From contig JBNGIO010006131.1 in the NCBI GenBank assembly GCA_049999805.1, positions 121,884 through 185,883 of the forward strand: a stretch of DNA of 64,000 nt. The letters are read 5' to 3'. Shown here piece by piece: positions 1-12,474 of the stretch. A model generated the notes under the pieces. It saw only the letters and a program-made list of their open reading frames with translations. It was not told where the DNA came from and did not search any database. The number at the start of each line of letters is the position of its first letter. Positions within the stretch are counted from its first letter, which is position 1. The position numbers and the translations under genes are program-made. Source of the DNA: Folioceros fuciformis (taxonomy: Eukaryota).

Positions 1-600
1 GTGGGGAGGAGCGTGGTGAGGAGGAGAGTGAGGCGGAGACTTGTGGTAATGGTACTTGGGGGGAGGGGGAGGGGACTTCTTCGGAGACTTAGTCTTCTTC
101 GGACTCTTGCTCTTCTTCGGCTTCTTAGGCTTCTTCACCTTGTGCTTGGGATGCTTGGGAGCCTTAGGCTTCTTCCCACCTGGAGCCGCGTACCCGCACA
201 GTCCGTAAATACATTTCTCCCCAGTTTTGCACTTGGTGCCACATTTCCCGCAATTGCTGAAACTGGACGCCAGCTTCACACACTTCCCCTTGCAGCAAGT
301 CTGGCCATACCCGCAGGAGCGGCCGCACTTCCCGCAGTTGCGCGGGTCCTTGGTGAGATCCTTGCACACCTTCTTGAAGCAGCACGTCGTCCCGCCATGC
401 GGATTCTTCTTCTTATCCTTGCAGATGTGCGCATCCTTGTGGCACCATACGTACTTGTACCGGTACGTTTTGTGGTAGTTCTTGGTGAGGAACTTGGTGC
501 GAGGTTTGTGCTGCAGGGTGGCATCCGAGACGGCCACCGCTGCCAGCAGCAGCAGCAAAGCCGCCATCACCCGCAACGCCATGTGCCGCGGAAGCCTCAT
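1..600 (-). CDS. Secreted STIG1-domain protein fused to a Lys-rich/extensin (SPPPPP-YHY) tail; 3' end outside window
   Basis: Manual translation from ATG at 600 (not in the ORF track because it runs off the edge): signal peptide MRLPRHMALRVMAALLLLLAAVAVSDA, STIG1 Cys pattern CC..C.D...DPRNCGKCGRSC....CCKGKCV.L.....NCGKCG.KC.....C.YGLCGYA, then KKPK repeats and KKSPPPPPKYHYHKSPPH. Confidence 0.85.
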   Translation of the reverse strand, partial: MRLPRHMALRVMAALLLLLAAVAVSDATLQHKPRTKFLTKNYHKTYRYKYVWCHKDAHICKDKKKNPHGGTTCCFKKVCKDLTKDPRNCGKCGRSCGYGQTCCKGKCVKLASSFSNCGKCGTKCKTGEKCIYGLCGYAAPGGKKPKAPKHPKHKVKKPKKPKKSKSPKKTKSPKKSPPPPPKYHYHKSPPHSPPHHAPPH

Positions 601-3600
601 TGCGAGGCAGGCACAGCCCGGCCGTCTCCAGAACCTGTCCTCCTAACTCCACTCTCTCCACTCTCTCCCCTCCAGCTCCCAGCCCTGCCACACCCAATCA
701 ACCACAATGCGCCACACCCACAGCTCAACCACTAGCATCACCACCAAGCTCCGACACGGAACCCAACAAATCCCACACTGCGCGACCACGAAAAACCCAA
801 CAAATCCCACAACGCCCACGCAAAACCTAACAATTCCCACAATCCCGCAGCCCCGTCGTCGCCCCAGCTCCACAACCCGCAAGCCGCAAATCACCCGACT
901 CCACACCACCTCACCTCCACCAATCGCCGCGTTCCCGTCGACCCCTCAGCAGCGCCGGAGCAGAGAATGCTTGCCCTCCCTCAGCTCCGAGATCGTTCCG
1001 CAAGGTAACCTCGCCCTCAGCTGAAGCTGGATCACAGTCGCAAGCAGAGAGCGACCGCAATGCCGGCACCTCAGGCGCCAAGTGAGCGCGTTGCTCGTCT
1101 GCGGAAACAGGGCCTCAGAGGTGCATAAATCGCAGAGAGGCAGCCTCCAGGCTGGCAGGGTGGCAGGCCCACTGCTTGGCGTCGGCAACAGGAGCGGGAA
1201 CGGGACCGGGTCACTCACACTGTCTGGGCACGAGGTCGCCGCGCCCGGCACCCGACGTCGACGCCAGCCGCTACTCCGGGTAGCGAGTCGCCCAGACTCA
1301 CGACCAACGACCGGTCGCCGGTCGCCGGTCGTCGGTTGCCCATTAGGCTTGGCTTGCCTTGAATTGGCTTGGCTGTGTGTCGCCATTATGTCGCCCGTGA
1401 GAAAGGCTGACACTCTTGGGGCACTGGGGAACGTGGCCTCGGCCCTGACACGCTCTCCGGCGGCATCCCCGCTCCCTCTCCCCTAATTCCACCCCTTGAT
1501 TAATCCTTCCTTCCTTTCTCCCTTCCTTCCTCCCTTTCCTTTCCTCCCTTCCTTCCTTCCTGCACGAAGCCTGGCAGCAGCATTTCTCGGAACCCTACCT
1601 CCATTTGTCAAATTGGATCTCTCATTGTGCTCCCCATACAGATCTGCTCCGCCCTGTACAAACTCAACCCGAAGCCCCAAAGCCTGCTGCCTCCCTGCCT
1701 GCCTGCCTGCACGCCAGACTCGCACTTTCTGAAACCACATTCTGAAAAGAGCAGCCTCGTGAACCAGCCAATGTCGCGCACATAAAAGCCTTGAGTTATG
1801 AAAAGAATAAATAAACATTAAAAAATATCATACTCCTTGTACGGACGGTCAGGGCACACACACAGGAAACAGACGACACGGAGAAGCCTGACGGACGGGG
1901 TGGAAGGAGGCCTTAACGGAGGCGCAACGGCGGGAGGAGAAAAACGTTCACCCCCGAGGCTGCATTAACGTGGCTCGCAGGAGCACGCCGTGGACCGCGA
2001 ACCCTAAAGTTAGACAGCGTGACAGACGGGGTGGGCCGGGAGCAATCATCATCGGCGGTGGTCTGGCCGGGCCGGGCCGGGCCACGTGACTTGTTTCCAT
2101 TTGACGGGGCAGCTCCAGGTCAGAGCGACGGATAGACGGCTTCGTATGCCCACGGCGTATGGTATGGGTGTACATTACATGGCCCGGGTAGGGGAAGGGG
2201 GGAGGTCTCGAGGGATTCGGCGCCTTGCACGAGAGAGCCCGCTTCGGGCTTTTCGTATTTTGCAAGTGGTGTGACTCCGTGCGGCCACCTGCTTCGAAGC
2301 TTCCCCCGCTGCTGCATTAAATGACTCCCCCATCAATTCAGCTCCAATGTCAATGTCACGGTACGGGGCCAGCTTTTATACGCCTTGTGTGCGTGTATGT
2401 ACCTACGTACAGTACATTTGTACAAGGAGTACGCCAATCGGGGGATTCCAGATTAGAACGATGCAAGGATGGAAAGGTAGGGTTATGTGAATCAAAATGT
2501 GTGCTTGTACGAACCTGAAGTAGAGATTTTCGGTGGAAAACGATGCTGCCGTGTTTGCCTCACCTTGGGCACCTGCATGCACGACATGAGCTTTACTTGT
2601 CTTCCAGCTCACACAGCTTCTACTTTTTCCCCTTGTTAATGCCCGCCCATCTGACTGGCTGCCTGCCATGCTTGCTGCCTTCTCCTCCTCTTCCTGCTCG
2701 TGGATTGGTGTTGCTTCATCTCGAGAGCTAGCTTAGCTGCTGCCACCGCCTGTGATGAAGAAGAAGTTGTGAGGAAGGGAGCCACAGAAATAAAAATATC
2801 CATTACTGAAGAGGCATGTTGGTGGAATGTTGCAGTACGACCAGCAGGTGAGTCAGTCAAGACGGAGTAGAAGTAGTAGCCCAAGGGTTGGTGGTGTACA
2901 GTGGGATGGGGGTTCTGGTTTCTCCTTCCCTAGTGCTCATGACTCCCAACCACTTCAGCCAGCTTTTCTATATGTAGATACGTACCTGGCACCATGGCTG
3001 GCCCCTGGAGAGAGATAGATGTCTGGAATAGAGGAGGAAGGTGGCATTGATGGAAGGCTGCTTTCCCCGCGGAGATGTCCATGTGCTGGTACCACAGTTC
3101 CATCAACTTGTCACCTGGGGTGCTGCGGTTGCAGCTGGGCTAGTCCTGGGACCTCGGTCGGTGGATTATCAGTGTCTGTCAGAGTGTGTCAGACCTAGCT
3201 CCCCCGCGAGGACGCGGACTCCCTAGCTTATCGACTATACCTTTTTCCTGATGATTTTTCCAGCTCTTGCGGCCCTGCAAAGATGCAACCCAGAGGAGAA
3301 ATGTTGCAGAATCAAAAGAGGCGGAAAAGGCAGGAAAAGAAAAGGAGTACAGGACAGAGATCGCTGTCTTCCTGCCGCGGGATACGCACCGTGAGCCATG
3401 CTTCCATCAAGAACCTCCCCGCCATTTTCATCAATGACTTGGGCGGTTTCATTCACCAATACAGCTGCTTCCATCAATAATCTCGGGCTTACATGACAGG
3501 ATACCGATACTTCGTTCCCTTGTAAAATGTATGTAGTGTATGTATCTTGATTCTTGGGTTGCATTTGGAAACAGAGCGATTTCATTTACTCCACCACTGC

Positions 3601-5440
3601 CATCGGATCCTGCCAGGTCTGGGCTGGCCTGACCACTTGGGTAGGGAGTGGACATCCAGATGTCTCCCGATTGCCATTTTTAATAAAGACGCGCTCTGTA
3701 GCCGCGTCCTCGGAATCCGGACTGTGAATACTTGATGGCAGCACTCCGGCGTGTTCCTCATTGTCTCTCCCTAATCCCGCGGCCCCGCCTTGAAGCCGGC
3801 AAGCGGGATCTTTTAGAGAATCACTTCCACCCGGGATGCCATGACAGATTTTCTATGGGGGCCACCGTTTCTTCGCCGACGCTTTTCTTTCTTGCTTGCT
3901 TTCTTTCTTCGTTTCCTTCCTATCTTTCTTTCGGTTGCGCTCTGAGCGGCAGCTCGCGCAGAGAATCGCCCCTGGTGGCCCCGCCCATCTGCAGCATCTC
4001 GGCACATGCGGTAGCGGGAACCTGGGTCCAGAGAAACACTTGTTTGCTGTAGAGTTACCCTACCGGAGCGACTCGACTGGGACCTGGAACCCCCGTCCTC
4101 CTCTCATCACCAGGATGGAGCACAGCAGAGCATTTGTCTGGAGCGGAGAGACGTGGGGTGGGAAAACAAGAAAACAAGCGTACAGTACGCAGACAGAAAT
4201 CGCGCAACCTGCCGCAATTTTCTCTTCCTTTCTTCCGTGCTGCAGGATGTGGACGCCAACACTCCCTTCGCCTTCGCTCACACACAACAATTCAAGTTAT
4301 TTCCGCGCCACAACCGTCTCCACATCACTTCGTCACCAGGTACCCCGCCTTCAACATCTCGCAATCCCCTGCCCTCCCCTTCCATGTTCCCAGATCACAA
4401 AAGCGGCCCTATTCCTCTCATGGCTGCAGCAACAGGACGTGTCTACAGCGACCCAGACCGCCCTCCCCTGGCCCCGGCTGGATCCTGCAGCCACTTTCTC
4501 AGGTTGCGTCTTCCTCATGGCGCACCACCGAACACGAGCGCGGCCAATCACGCCCCGAGACAGCAACAAGTAACAAAGGTACCGTACGCCGTTCTGCCCC
4601 GACTCCACCCCGTTCCGTTAATCCTCCCCTCCTCTTCCTCCATGATTGACCGTTTGGTTAGTGTAAGTGGTAATGAAAGCTGGCACGTCTAGATCCCCCG
4701 TCCTGTCGTCACGTCCCGTCCTCCCCTCCCCTTCCCTCCCCTCCCAATCATGTTCCCCCGTTCCAATCATGTCCACCATGCATGCCTTCCCGTGTCCGGA
4801 GAGGACATGTATGTACATATATACATGCATAACCCTGGTAACCTGTCCTCATTTTATTCTAATAAATTTCTTCTGCTCCTCCTTCGTCTTCTTCTTCCTG
4901 CTTCCTTCCAGGAGGTTGCAGCCACCAGGAGGAGCATCCGAGATTTATTCTACAAGGCACGGCGAAGAGGCTCCACTGTATGCGAGTTATGGCGTCCCAT
5001 TTATGTCCAATGACAGCTCGCTGTGGAGATGGAGCAGATGGTGATGCTACAGCAGAGAGTCTCCGGCACACGGCAGGTTTTCTCGGTGACGCCAAGCCAA
5101 GCCAAGCCAAGCCAAGGGAAGCCAATCCGAGCCAACGATTCTGCGAAGGAAGGCACATTCCAATTTCACACTTCGCATTGGCGTAGAGAGAGTCGTCGTC
5201 GATCGGCTGGCTGGCCTGACAGGGATGCCATGGAACAGTAGGATGACGCCTGGACCTCGTACCCTGCGACTCCCACATGGCCAGAGGCCACCGGTCAATG
5301 CGCCAGGGGCGGATGGTGCCGTTGGCAATCCGCAAAATGTGCATGGCTGCAGGCAGGGCAGGCGACGTATTACGCTATTTCCATACCCAGGCGAAGGGAA
5401 TCGGTGCGAGACAGGGGGAAATCGCAGCTGTCGAGCTCGG

Positions 5441-5500
5441 AGCCGGGCCCGGGGCCGGGCCCGGGGCCGGGGCCGGGGCAGGGGCCAAGGCCGGGCCCAG
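5441..5500. repeat. GC-rich (GGGGCC/GGGCCC)n hexamer run
   Basis: gccgggcccggggccgggcccggggccggggccggggcaggggccaaggccgggccc. Confidence 0.8.
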
Positions 5501-6967
5501 CGTCCGCGTGGCTCGCGTCCTTGATGAGACGAGATTTGTCGCTGGCTGTCAGCGTCGCTCCTGCGCGATTTCTTGCACAACAAAGCAAGTTTGGCAGTGC
5601 AACTACCAGACTATCAACAGCCGGGCTGAGCAGGGCGCTTTCGGGTGAGTGAGTACTGCGTTCGTGCATGTAACATGTATGTAATTGGAGTCCGCGTTTG
5701 ATGTCGGCAGAGGGGACGACTCGGTCTCCATCTCTGTGATTCCTGGTGCCTGACAGCTAGCTATGGAGCAGCTGCCCGCCGGAGCCGGGCTTGGAAGGGT
5801 CACCGCGGAAAAAAGGAAAAAGCCTGCTGCAGCCGTTTTGGCCCGACTGGCTGCCTCTTGCTGTCACCCCCTTTCCCAACTATCTAAAGCTCTCGTCCTC
5901 TGGCCACCTGCCGCAATTTGCAGCAGCAAGGACGAGCTATCCTCGTTAAGGCCAGATAGTCAACTTCTTTCCTTCCTCCACAGCTTTGAATATCATAAAC
6001 CTTCGCATATGTACACAGTATTACAGGGAATCACCAACTACTCTACACGTAGCCCAACAACAAAACTAAAGTATAATATCACCACAATTCATGACTGTTT
6101 TTCCTACTTCAAAAAATTGCATATATATATTGCATTATATCATATTTAAGAAAGAATAAGTGAGAGGGATCTTGATTTAAAGATCTAGATTTCTACAGAG
6201 GATTAATTGGTACGATAACATGTCATATACAAGGCCTCCTTATGGTGTCTTTACCTTTGTAAAAGAAGAAAGGATGATTTCTTTTCGTCATAGCATTGAC
6301 TTGTGAGAATATATCGGACACTGAACATAATTCTGAAGATGATACCCTTAATAGGAAGATGCCAATGGGTGATGATCTTGTTGTAAAATATACATTAATT
6401 AAAAAAAATATAATAAGTTATATAAAGTTATAAATAATACAGAAAAAGGTTTTAGTTCATGAGTAGTACAAAATGAGGTGAGTGCCAAATCATGCTTTCA
6501 CCCCCTTGTGAGATTGAAGGCTGCATTTGTTGATATTGAGGAGGAAGGCGGAAAGGGTTGGGTGGAAGGCTGAAAGGGTTGGGTGTACCTTCAAATAAGG
6601 TCATTGGCATGAAGAAGCCTCCATGGCTAGAGGATCAGTTGCACTAGATATTCTTAAACAGCAGTGGGATACTAAAACACCAAATAGTTTAGTATTCTAA
6701 CATGAAGACTGTTATTTAATACACTACTAGAAGCTGAAATGGATATGGGAAATGAAGTGGCCAGGTTTCACTTGCTACTGCCTCTGAAGGGTTTTCACTG
6801 AAATTCCCTCCTCCACAAACTCTTCCGTCACAAGGGAGTCCAAGAATCTGAAAAAACACCTAAAATCTGTCCTACAATTTAGCTAGAATTAGAAAGGAAC
6901 CCATGATGTTCTGGGTCACTGTCCTTCACGTAATGGTACCACACAGTGTGTGGATTTGATATGTAGT

Positions 6968-9688
6968 TTACACTTTACCATTACCATCTGTTGTGTCGAG
7001 ATCTGTTGTGTCCGGTCCTTTCCGGATGACCGCAGAGAGGGCAAAAAACTCCGAGATTACCTCCAGCGGCATACCCTTTGTCTCCGGTACTTTGATGAAG
7101 ACAAATACCCAGGACATCAGACTTATCACTAAGAAGATGGAGAAGACTCCCGGTAAACCAATGGTTGAGTTAAGAAGTGGGAAAGAATACGTGACCAGAA
7201 TGTTCGTTAGCCACATTGAGGCAGAACAGATACCAATGCAGATTCCTCTGACCCGTGTGGGAAAAATTTCTGAACAAAGTATGTTTGGGATTGGCCCAAA
7301 ACCCATCACAAACGCACAGAGGAAGAGAGAAAGACCTGCAAATGAAGTCAAGGCCTGGAGCACGCCAGCTTTAAGGAAAATATTTGCTATGACCACCACC
7401 ATTAAAGCCAGGGAAAGTACTGGCAGAGTCCCCAAAAGCAGCTGCCTGTGGTTCAACAAAACATCGATGTGAGTTGCCACAGACAGTTCAAATCGGCTGA
7501 TGCACATCTGCGAAAGGAAAGAGAGAATGCCCGTGATCCTTACCGCCGGCCAGACCTATCCATCAGTCTCATCGCGATAAATATACAGGGTAACATTACT
7601 AGAGAGCTGATGACGCTGGCGAAGATGGAGGTAGTTTCTGGACCAACACCCATGCTGGCTGATATAGTGTCAGCACCAGACTGCTGGATAATCTGGGGGA
7701 TGAAGTACAGGACTGCGTTGATACCGCATAGCTGTGGACACGGAGCTTCTTGTCATCAGTGTAAGGAACGCACAACATTCTACAGTTCTGGATACGAGAA
7801 AGAATTGAAGGATACAAATGCCGTGATCTCACCTGCTGCAGAACTTGCAAGCCGGTACCGACAATCAGTGCTCGCCGCACTCCAGGCACAGCAAGATCTT
7901 TAAACGCAGGCCCTTGATTGGCTGTTTCAGAAGGATGTACTACGGCTGGACCAGCTACATCTTCCACGAGGATGTTGTCCACGACAAGTTGCGCCGATGG
8001 AGCCACCAAAACAGAGGCCTGGACTGCCTCACCATCGGAGATAGGACCCAGTCCTGGCAAGGCAAGGGCGGAGCCAAATTGGGACGGATCCGCTTGATCC
8101 TTGAAAATGTACACTCTTTGCAAGCTTCCGGCGTCAGCTGGGTCTCCACTTTGCTGCCCTGTATACCGCCAAGCCAGCTGCCAACCACCTCCAATGCCCA
8201 CATCGCCGATAGTGTCAGCCAGTGATGAACTCCCTTGCACACTCCTGGAAAGAGTATTTCCGACATCTGTTGATCCATGCCTGAACAGGTTGATGGAATT
8301 GCCTCTAGACAATGAACGAGGTTTCTTGTCCACGCTAGTTTGCCTCGAAAGCAAGAGAGGAGTTTGAAGGTTTTCGTCCATGTCTCCTGCAAAGAACTCA
8401 TCACCGTTACGTCCATTAACACCCTGGGGCGAAGGCGGGATATTTTCGTCATCCCAATCATCATTCTCGGTTCTGCCCAGCTCGTCATGTGATTCTGCAA
8501 CTGATTGATAAGGCACCTGGAAACTTCCCACTAAAGTAACCATAGGATCTACAAGTGCCAAGGGATCCATGAGCGTCATATCCACGCTCTGCGATCTCGC
8601 AAGCATTGTGGATTCACCTTCCTCACCCATCGGTGTAGCTATCCAAGTAATACCGTCCTCGGGGCCAAACATCACCACTTTACCCTCGTCCATGGCCGAA
8701 TCTGTGACAACTTGGTTTTGATCAGCTGGCTCTAGACGCCACTCCTCCAGTTTTCCGTCAACACCCACACCAAGTCCTTCCACCAACAAAGCAAGTTCCC
8801 CTGCCCACAAACCAGCGAGACACAAAGTCAAATTAGAAGGGAGCATGTGAAACAAACCCTGCAGGAAACAAGCCTTCAAGTTCATCAATTTTCATTCACG
8901 GAAAGAAAGTGTGACAAGCAGTGTGCACGCAGGACCTACCATTGACGTCTTCCCTCCCACGAAGATCCTGCAGTACCTTTCGGGCAGTCAGCATCTGACC
9001 TTTCATGACGAGCCATCTCGGAGACTCGGGCACAACAAAGATACAAAGGAAAAGATACAGAAGAGAAGGAGCAAGCAGGATTCCCAGCATGAATCTCCAA
9101 TTAGGAGTGGCCGTCAACGAAACCAGGAAGCCTATAATGAGCGCCAGAAACTGACCGCCTGTGCCCATGAATTGCGGAAATGTGGCCAGCTGACCACGGA
9201 TCTCAGTAGGAGCAGACTCTGCTATTAGGATAGGGGAGATGGTGGCAACCAGCCCCATACCACAGCCCGCAAGTATTCTCCCCACGATGAGAACATGTAC
9301 GTCAGGAGACCACGCCATGACACAAGCGCTGACCGAAAACAGGAATGCCGAAACGGACAGCATGGTCCGACGGCCAAGCCAGTCAGCTGCTGGCCCAGCC
9401 GTCGTGGTACTCGCAACAGCTCCAACCAAGGTGGAAGCCACCACAAATCCCTCCAGAGTAGGATCAGCTTCCAGATGCAAGTCCGGTTTAAGATACAGCA
9501 TAGCTCCTGCGCAAATTAAACACCAGCAACCACCAGTCACACACCACGGAACCTAACACCCTCCACCTCTCTATTACCCGGAAGAAACAGAGACAAAACT
9601 CACCAGCCACAGCACCCGCGTCCCATCCTTGCAGCAGATTTCCTACGGTGGCCGCAATGGCCACGGCACGGGGCCCCCTGGCCTTCAT
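6968..9688 (-). CDS. Tonoplast sugar/monosaccharide transporter (TST/TMT, MFS), multi-exon
   Basis: MKARGPRAVAIAATVGNLLQGWD..., DWLGRR, ESAPTEIRG, PESPRWLV, long central loop with GIGGGWQLAW, GFGPIPNILCSEIFPTRVRG, VPETKGMPLEVI; GT-AG introns. Confidence 0.95.
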
Positions 9689-10587
9689 GGTACAGCTCGA
9701 AATTGCTCTGGCAGGAAGCTTTGGAGCAGCCACTCAACCTGGCAACATTAGAGCAATCTAGTACTCACAGAAGTCATGACTTCTTCACTCCAAAGCGACA
9801 AAACCGACAGCCATGCGGAGATCTCCACTACCGAAAAGGCCTCAGACGAAATCAGAGCAGAAAGAAGCGCACCCCACGTAGGGGCGTCGCGACGGGAGAA
9901 GGAGTGCAAGGAAGGTGCAGGTGGCAGCAGCTTGGTAGGGACTCTTTGGTGGTAAAGGGCTCCTGTTTATACGGCAGCCATGGTTAGGTTCTTCCAGTCG
10001 AGGTGGTGACAACTGGCACAGGAAGCCTCCTTTACCACGCGGCGAGTCCAGTGTCGTTCACGCGCACAGGCCGGGCCTGGAGCCGCAATTCGACATGTTG
10101 CCGCCTGGTTGGGTGGCGCCGTCCAGTGGCCGTGAGGTGGCACCGTGCAGCTGGTACACGGGACACGGCCAAACGCCCCCTCCTGAGTCCTCATCCTTGC
10201 CCTCGCATCCATCCAATGGCCTCGAATATCTGAAAATTTCCAACCGCGCTTCCCCCGGTTCTGTGCACCACCGACCCTTTTGCACGCTAAGTGGGGCATG
10301 GTATCTCGCGCACTTTCGCTCCTGCACCTCTGCCCAACCTGCATGTTTGCGCTCAGTGGTGCAACAGATCTGGCAAGCAACCCTTTCAATAGGAAATAAC
10401 AATTACGTACATGTAATTGAAAAGACACTTTGGAGCTTCACCAGTACAGAAGCATGGACAACTCCTTGAATGAACCCTGTCCAATGCGCAAGTTCCTACG
10501 GCGTGTTGTGTGCCATGTGTGTTTAAGGGATAGTACGGTAAAGAGAAACTTATCCTCATGTCGAATGGGGCTGGTGATACCAGCTCA

Positions 10588-10730
10588 ACCAGAGGCAGGA
10601 AGAGAACAGCTAAACCAGAGGCAGGAAGAGAACAGCTAAACCAGAGGNNNNNNNNNNAGAGAACAGCTAAACCAGAGGCAGGAAGAGAACAGCTAAACCA
10701 GAGGAATGAAGAGAACAGCTAAAATAGAGG
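10588..10730. repeat. 26-bp tandem repeat interrupted by an N gap
   Basis: unit accagaggcaggaagagaacagctaa, about 5 copies. Confidence 0.85.
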
Positions 10731-11646
10731 CGGTAGCACACATGCGGGACGTACTGTCATCGAGAAACCTTTACCCCAAGAGACGAAAAGCTTCCAAAAC
10801 GAGGATAGAGTCCGATGTTGAAGACAGCCTGTATGTGAAATGAACCTCGTGTCATTCTCGACTACAGCTCCTTCACGATCTTCAAGCTGTGAAACACTGC
10901 ACTTCATTTTGAAGCTGGCTTATTTCTAGGTCGACTCCTAGTTTTGAACACAAACTTAACCGCGTCTTGCGATCTCATAGTTTCTGACAGGGCAGAATCA
11001 CTCTCACATGAGCCCTCGGAATTTGTGCTTTTTGGGATTTGGTGCAGTTCGATTCTTCGCGGGGTGTTGAGACGTGGACAAAGAACTGGCACGCCTTTCT
11101 GACAGAATGTACACGGTTAAGTGTCCCGCTGACACCTGGGGTTCAGAAGATCGGGCATTTGTCCAACCCCGATTCAGTAGCATGTGGCTATTATCTTGCA
11201 AGCCCGGGAAGTACCTGTGTGAGAGGTGGAAAGACTTCCCATGCGAGGAGGAAGTGCCTCTGATGGTCACACCGCAGGTTGTTTAGTGGCTGCATTTTGT
11301 TCTCAATAAATGTCATCCATGCTGATTAAATCCATCGATTGAAAGCTTTCAAAGGGCCTTAAGCCAGTTGTCGGGCTTCAGAAATTGCCAGAGACTGGTA
11401 GACACGCTGTGCAGTCAGGGAAAGCGTTATAGGAGGAGGAGGTGGTCATGGCGACAAAGCAAAGAGGTGCTTGTTGCAACAATTGTTGCTCGGGAGAAAG
11501 ACTAGAAATTCAACAATCTAAGAACTTGGACAAAAAAAGTTGTGATAAATCGTAGTAGCTAATACGCTGCTGCAGTTGACTGATCCATAAGCAGCAGGAC
11601 ATGCCTTGAAGCACAAAACCTACTGTTGCCTACCACCAGGGCCGGT

Positions 11647-11943
11647 CTACCTCTTAAATCCCTTGACTCCCTTCTTGGTAGCCGCGGGCTGTGGCTTCGA
11701 TTTCGGAGCTCTGCTACTTGGAGTGTCCGCCTGCTTCGGTTCCAGCCATTCCAGAGGGTGTCGATTGTAGAAAGGCCAGTCAGGCACCACCAGGAGAAAC
11801 GTGACGCATGTGCCTACAACATAGATCAAGAGCATGAGTCTGTACGATGACACAATGTACCCTGCCACCAGGGCAACCAGTGCCGTGATCAGCAGAGAGT
11901 ACTGCATCAGCTGCTCCGATAGCTTCTGCCCTTGCCAATCCAT
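11647..11943 (-). CDS. SPCS1: Signal peptidase complex subunit 1 (SPC12)
   Basis: MDWQGQKLSEQLMQ..., two TM segments, VPDWPFYNRHPLEWL, basic C-terminal tail. Confidence 0.93.
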   Translation of the reverse strand: MDWQGQKLSEQLMQYSLLITALVALVAGYIVSSYRLMLLIYVVGTCVTFLLVVPDWPFYNRHPLEWLEPKQADTPSSRAPKSKPQPAATKKGVKGFKR

Positions 11944-12474
11944 TGTAAGTCACCCGCAGCAACCCGCTCCCGCAGCAAGACGCGCCTTCGCAGAATCCCT
12001 CTCCGCCTGGCCGTTAAAAGCAGAGCAATGATCAGAAATTGGGATGCTGATATCACCTGAACTTCTTCGCACTCTGCACTGCTCTGCTAAGCCTTCCTCA
12101 CCAACGGGAGGGCTAACAGCGAATGTGAGTATGCTACAACTGTATAATTTTGAGAAATAAGGACGCGCTTGTGAGACCTTACGTGTGCCAATTCACCGAG
12201 CAAGGGCCTTTACATTAGGCCACCTTCCTCCTCGAACCCCGGTTAGGGTTTTGGGCCGAGTTGCTGCAGCACCGAGAAATTCTTGCTCTCGGCACCCACA
12301 TCTAGAGACCATGCCTCCGCCTAGTTGTTCTTTAAAGACCGCGGTATGACAGGTCTTCGTTGTTCAGAAGAAACTACATCCCCGTAGACAAAAGGCGAAT
12401 GGTGCACTTTGGGGCCATAAAATCATGGAGCTTTGGCCTGATCGTGTTGGCCAGCCTGTGGAGATGCTGGGGGG

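Noticed and set aside
1-735. 244-aa plus-strand ORF
   Set aside because: Antisense shadow of the STIG1-extensin gene
5047-5669. ORFs with GP/AG/RA dipeptide runs
   Set aside because: Products of the GGGGCC repeat in GC-rich DNA; no coding evidence
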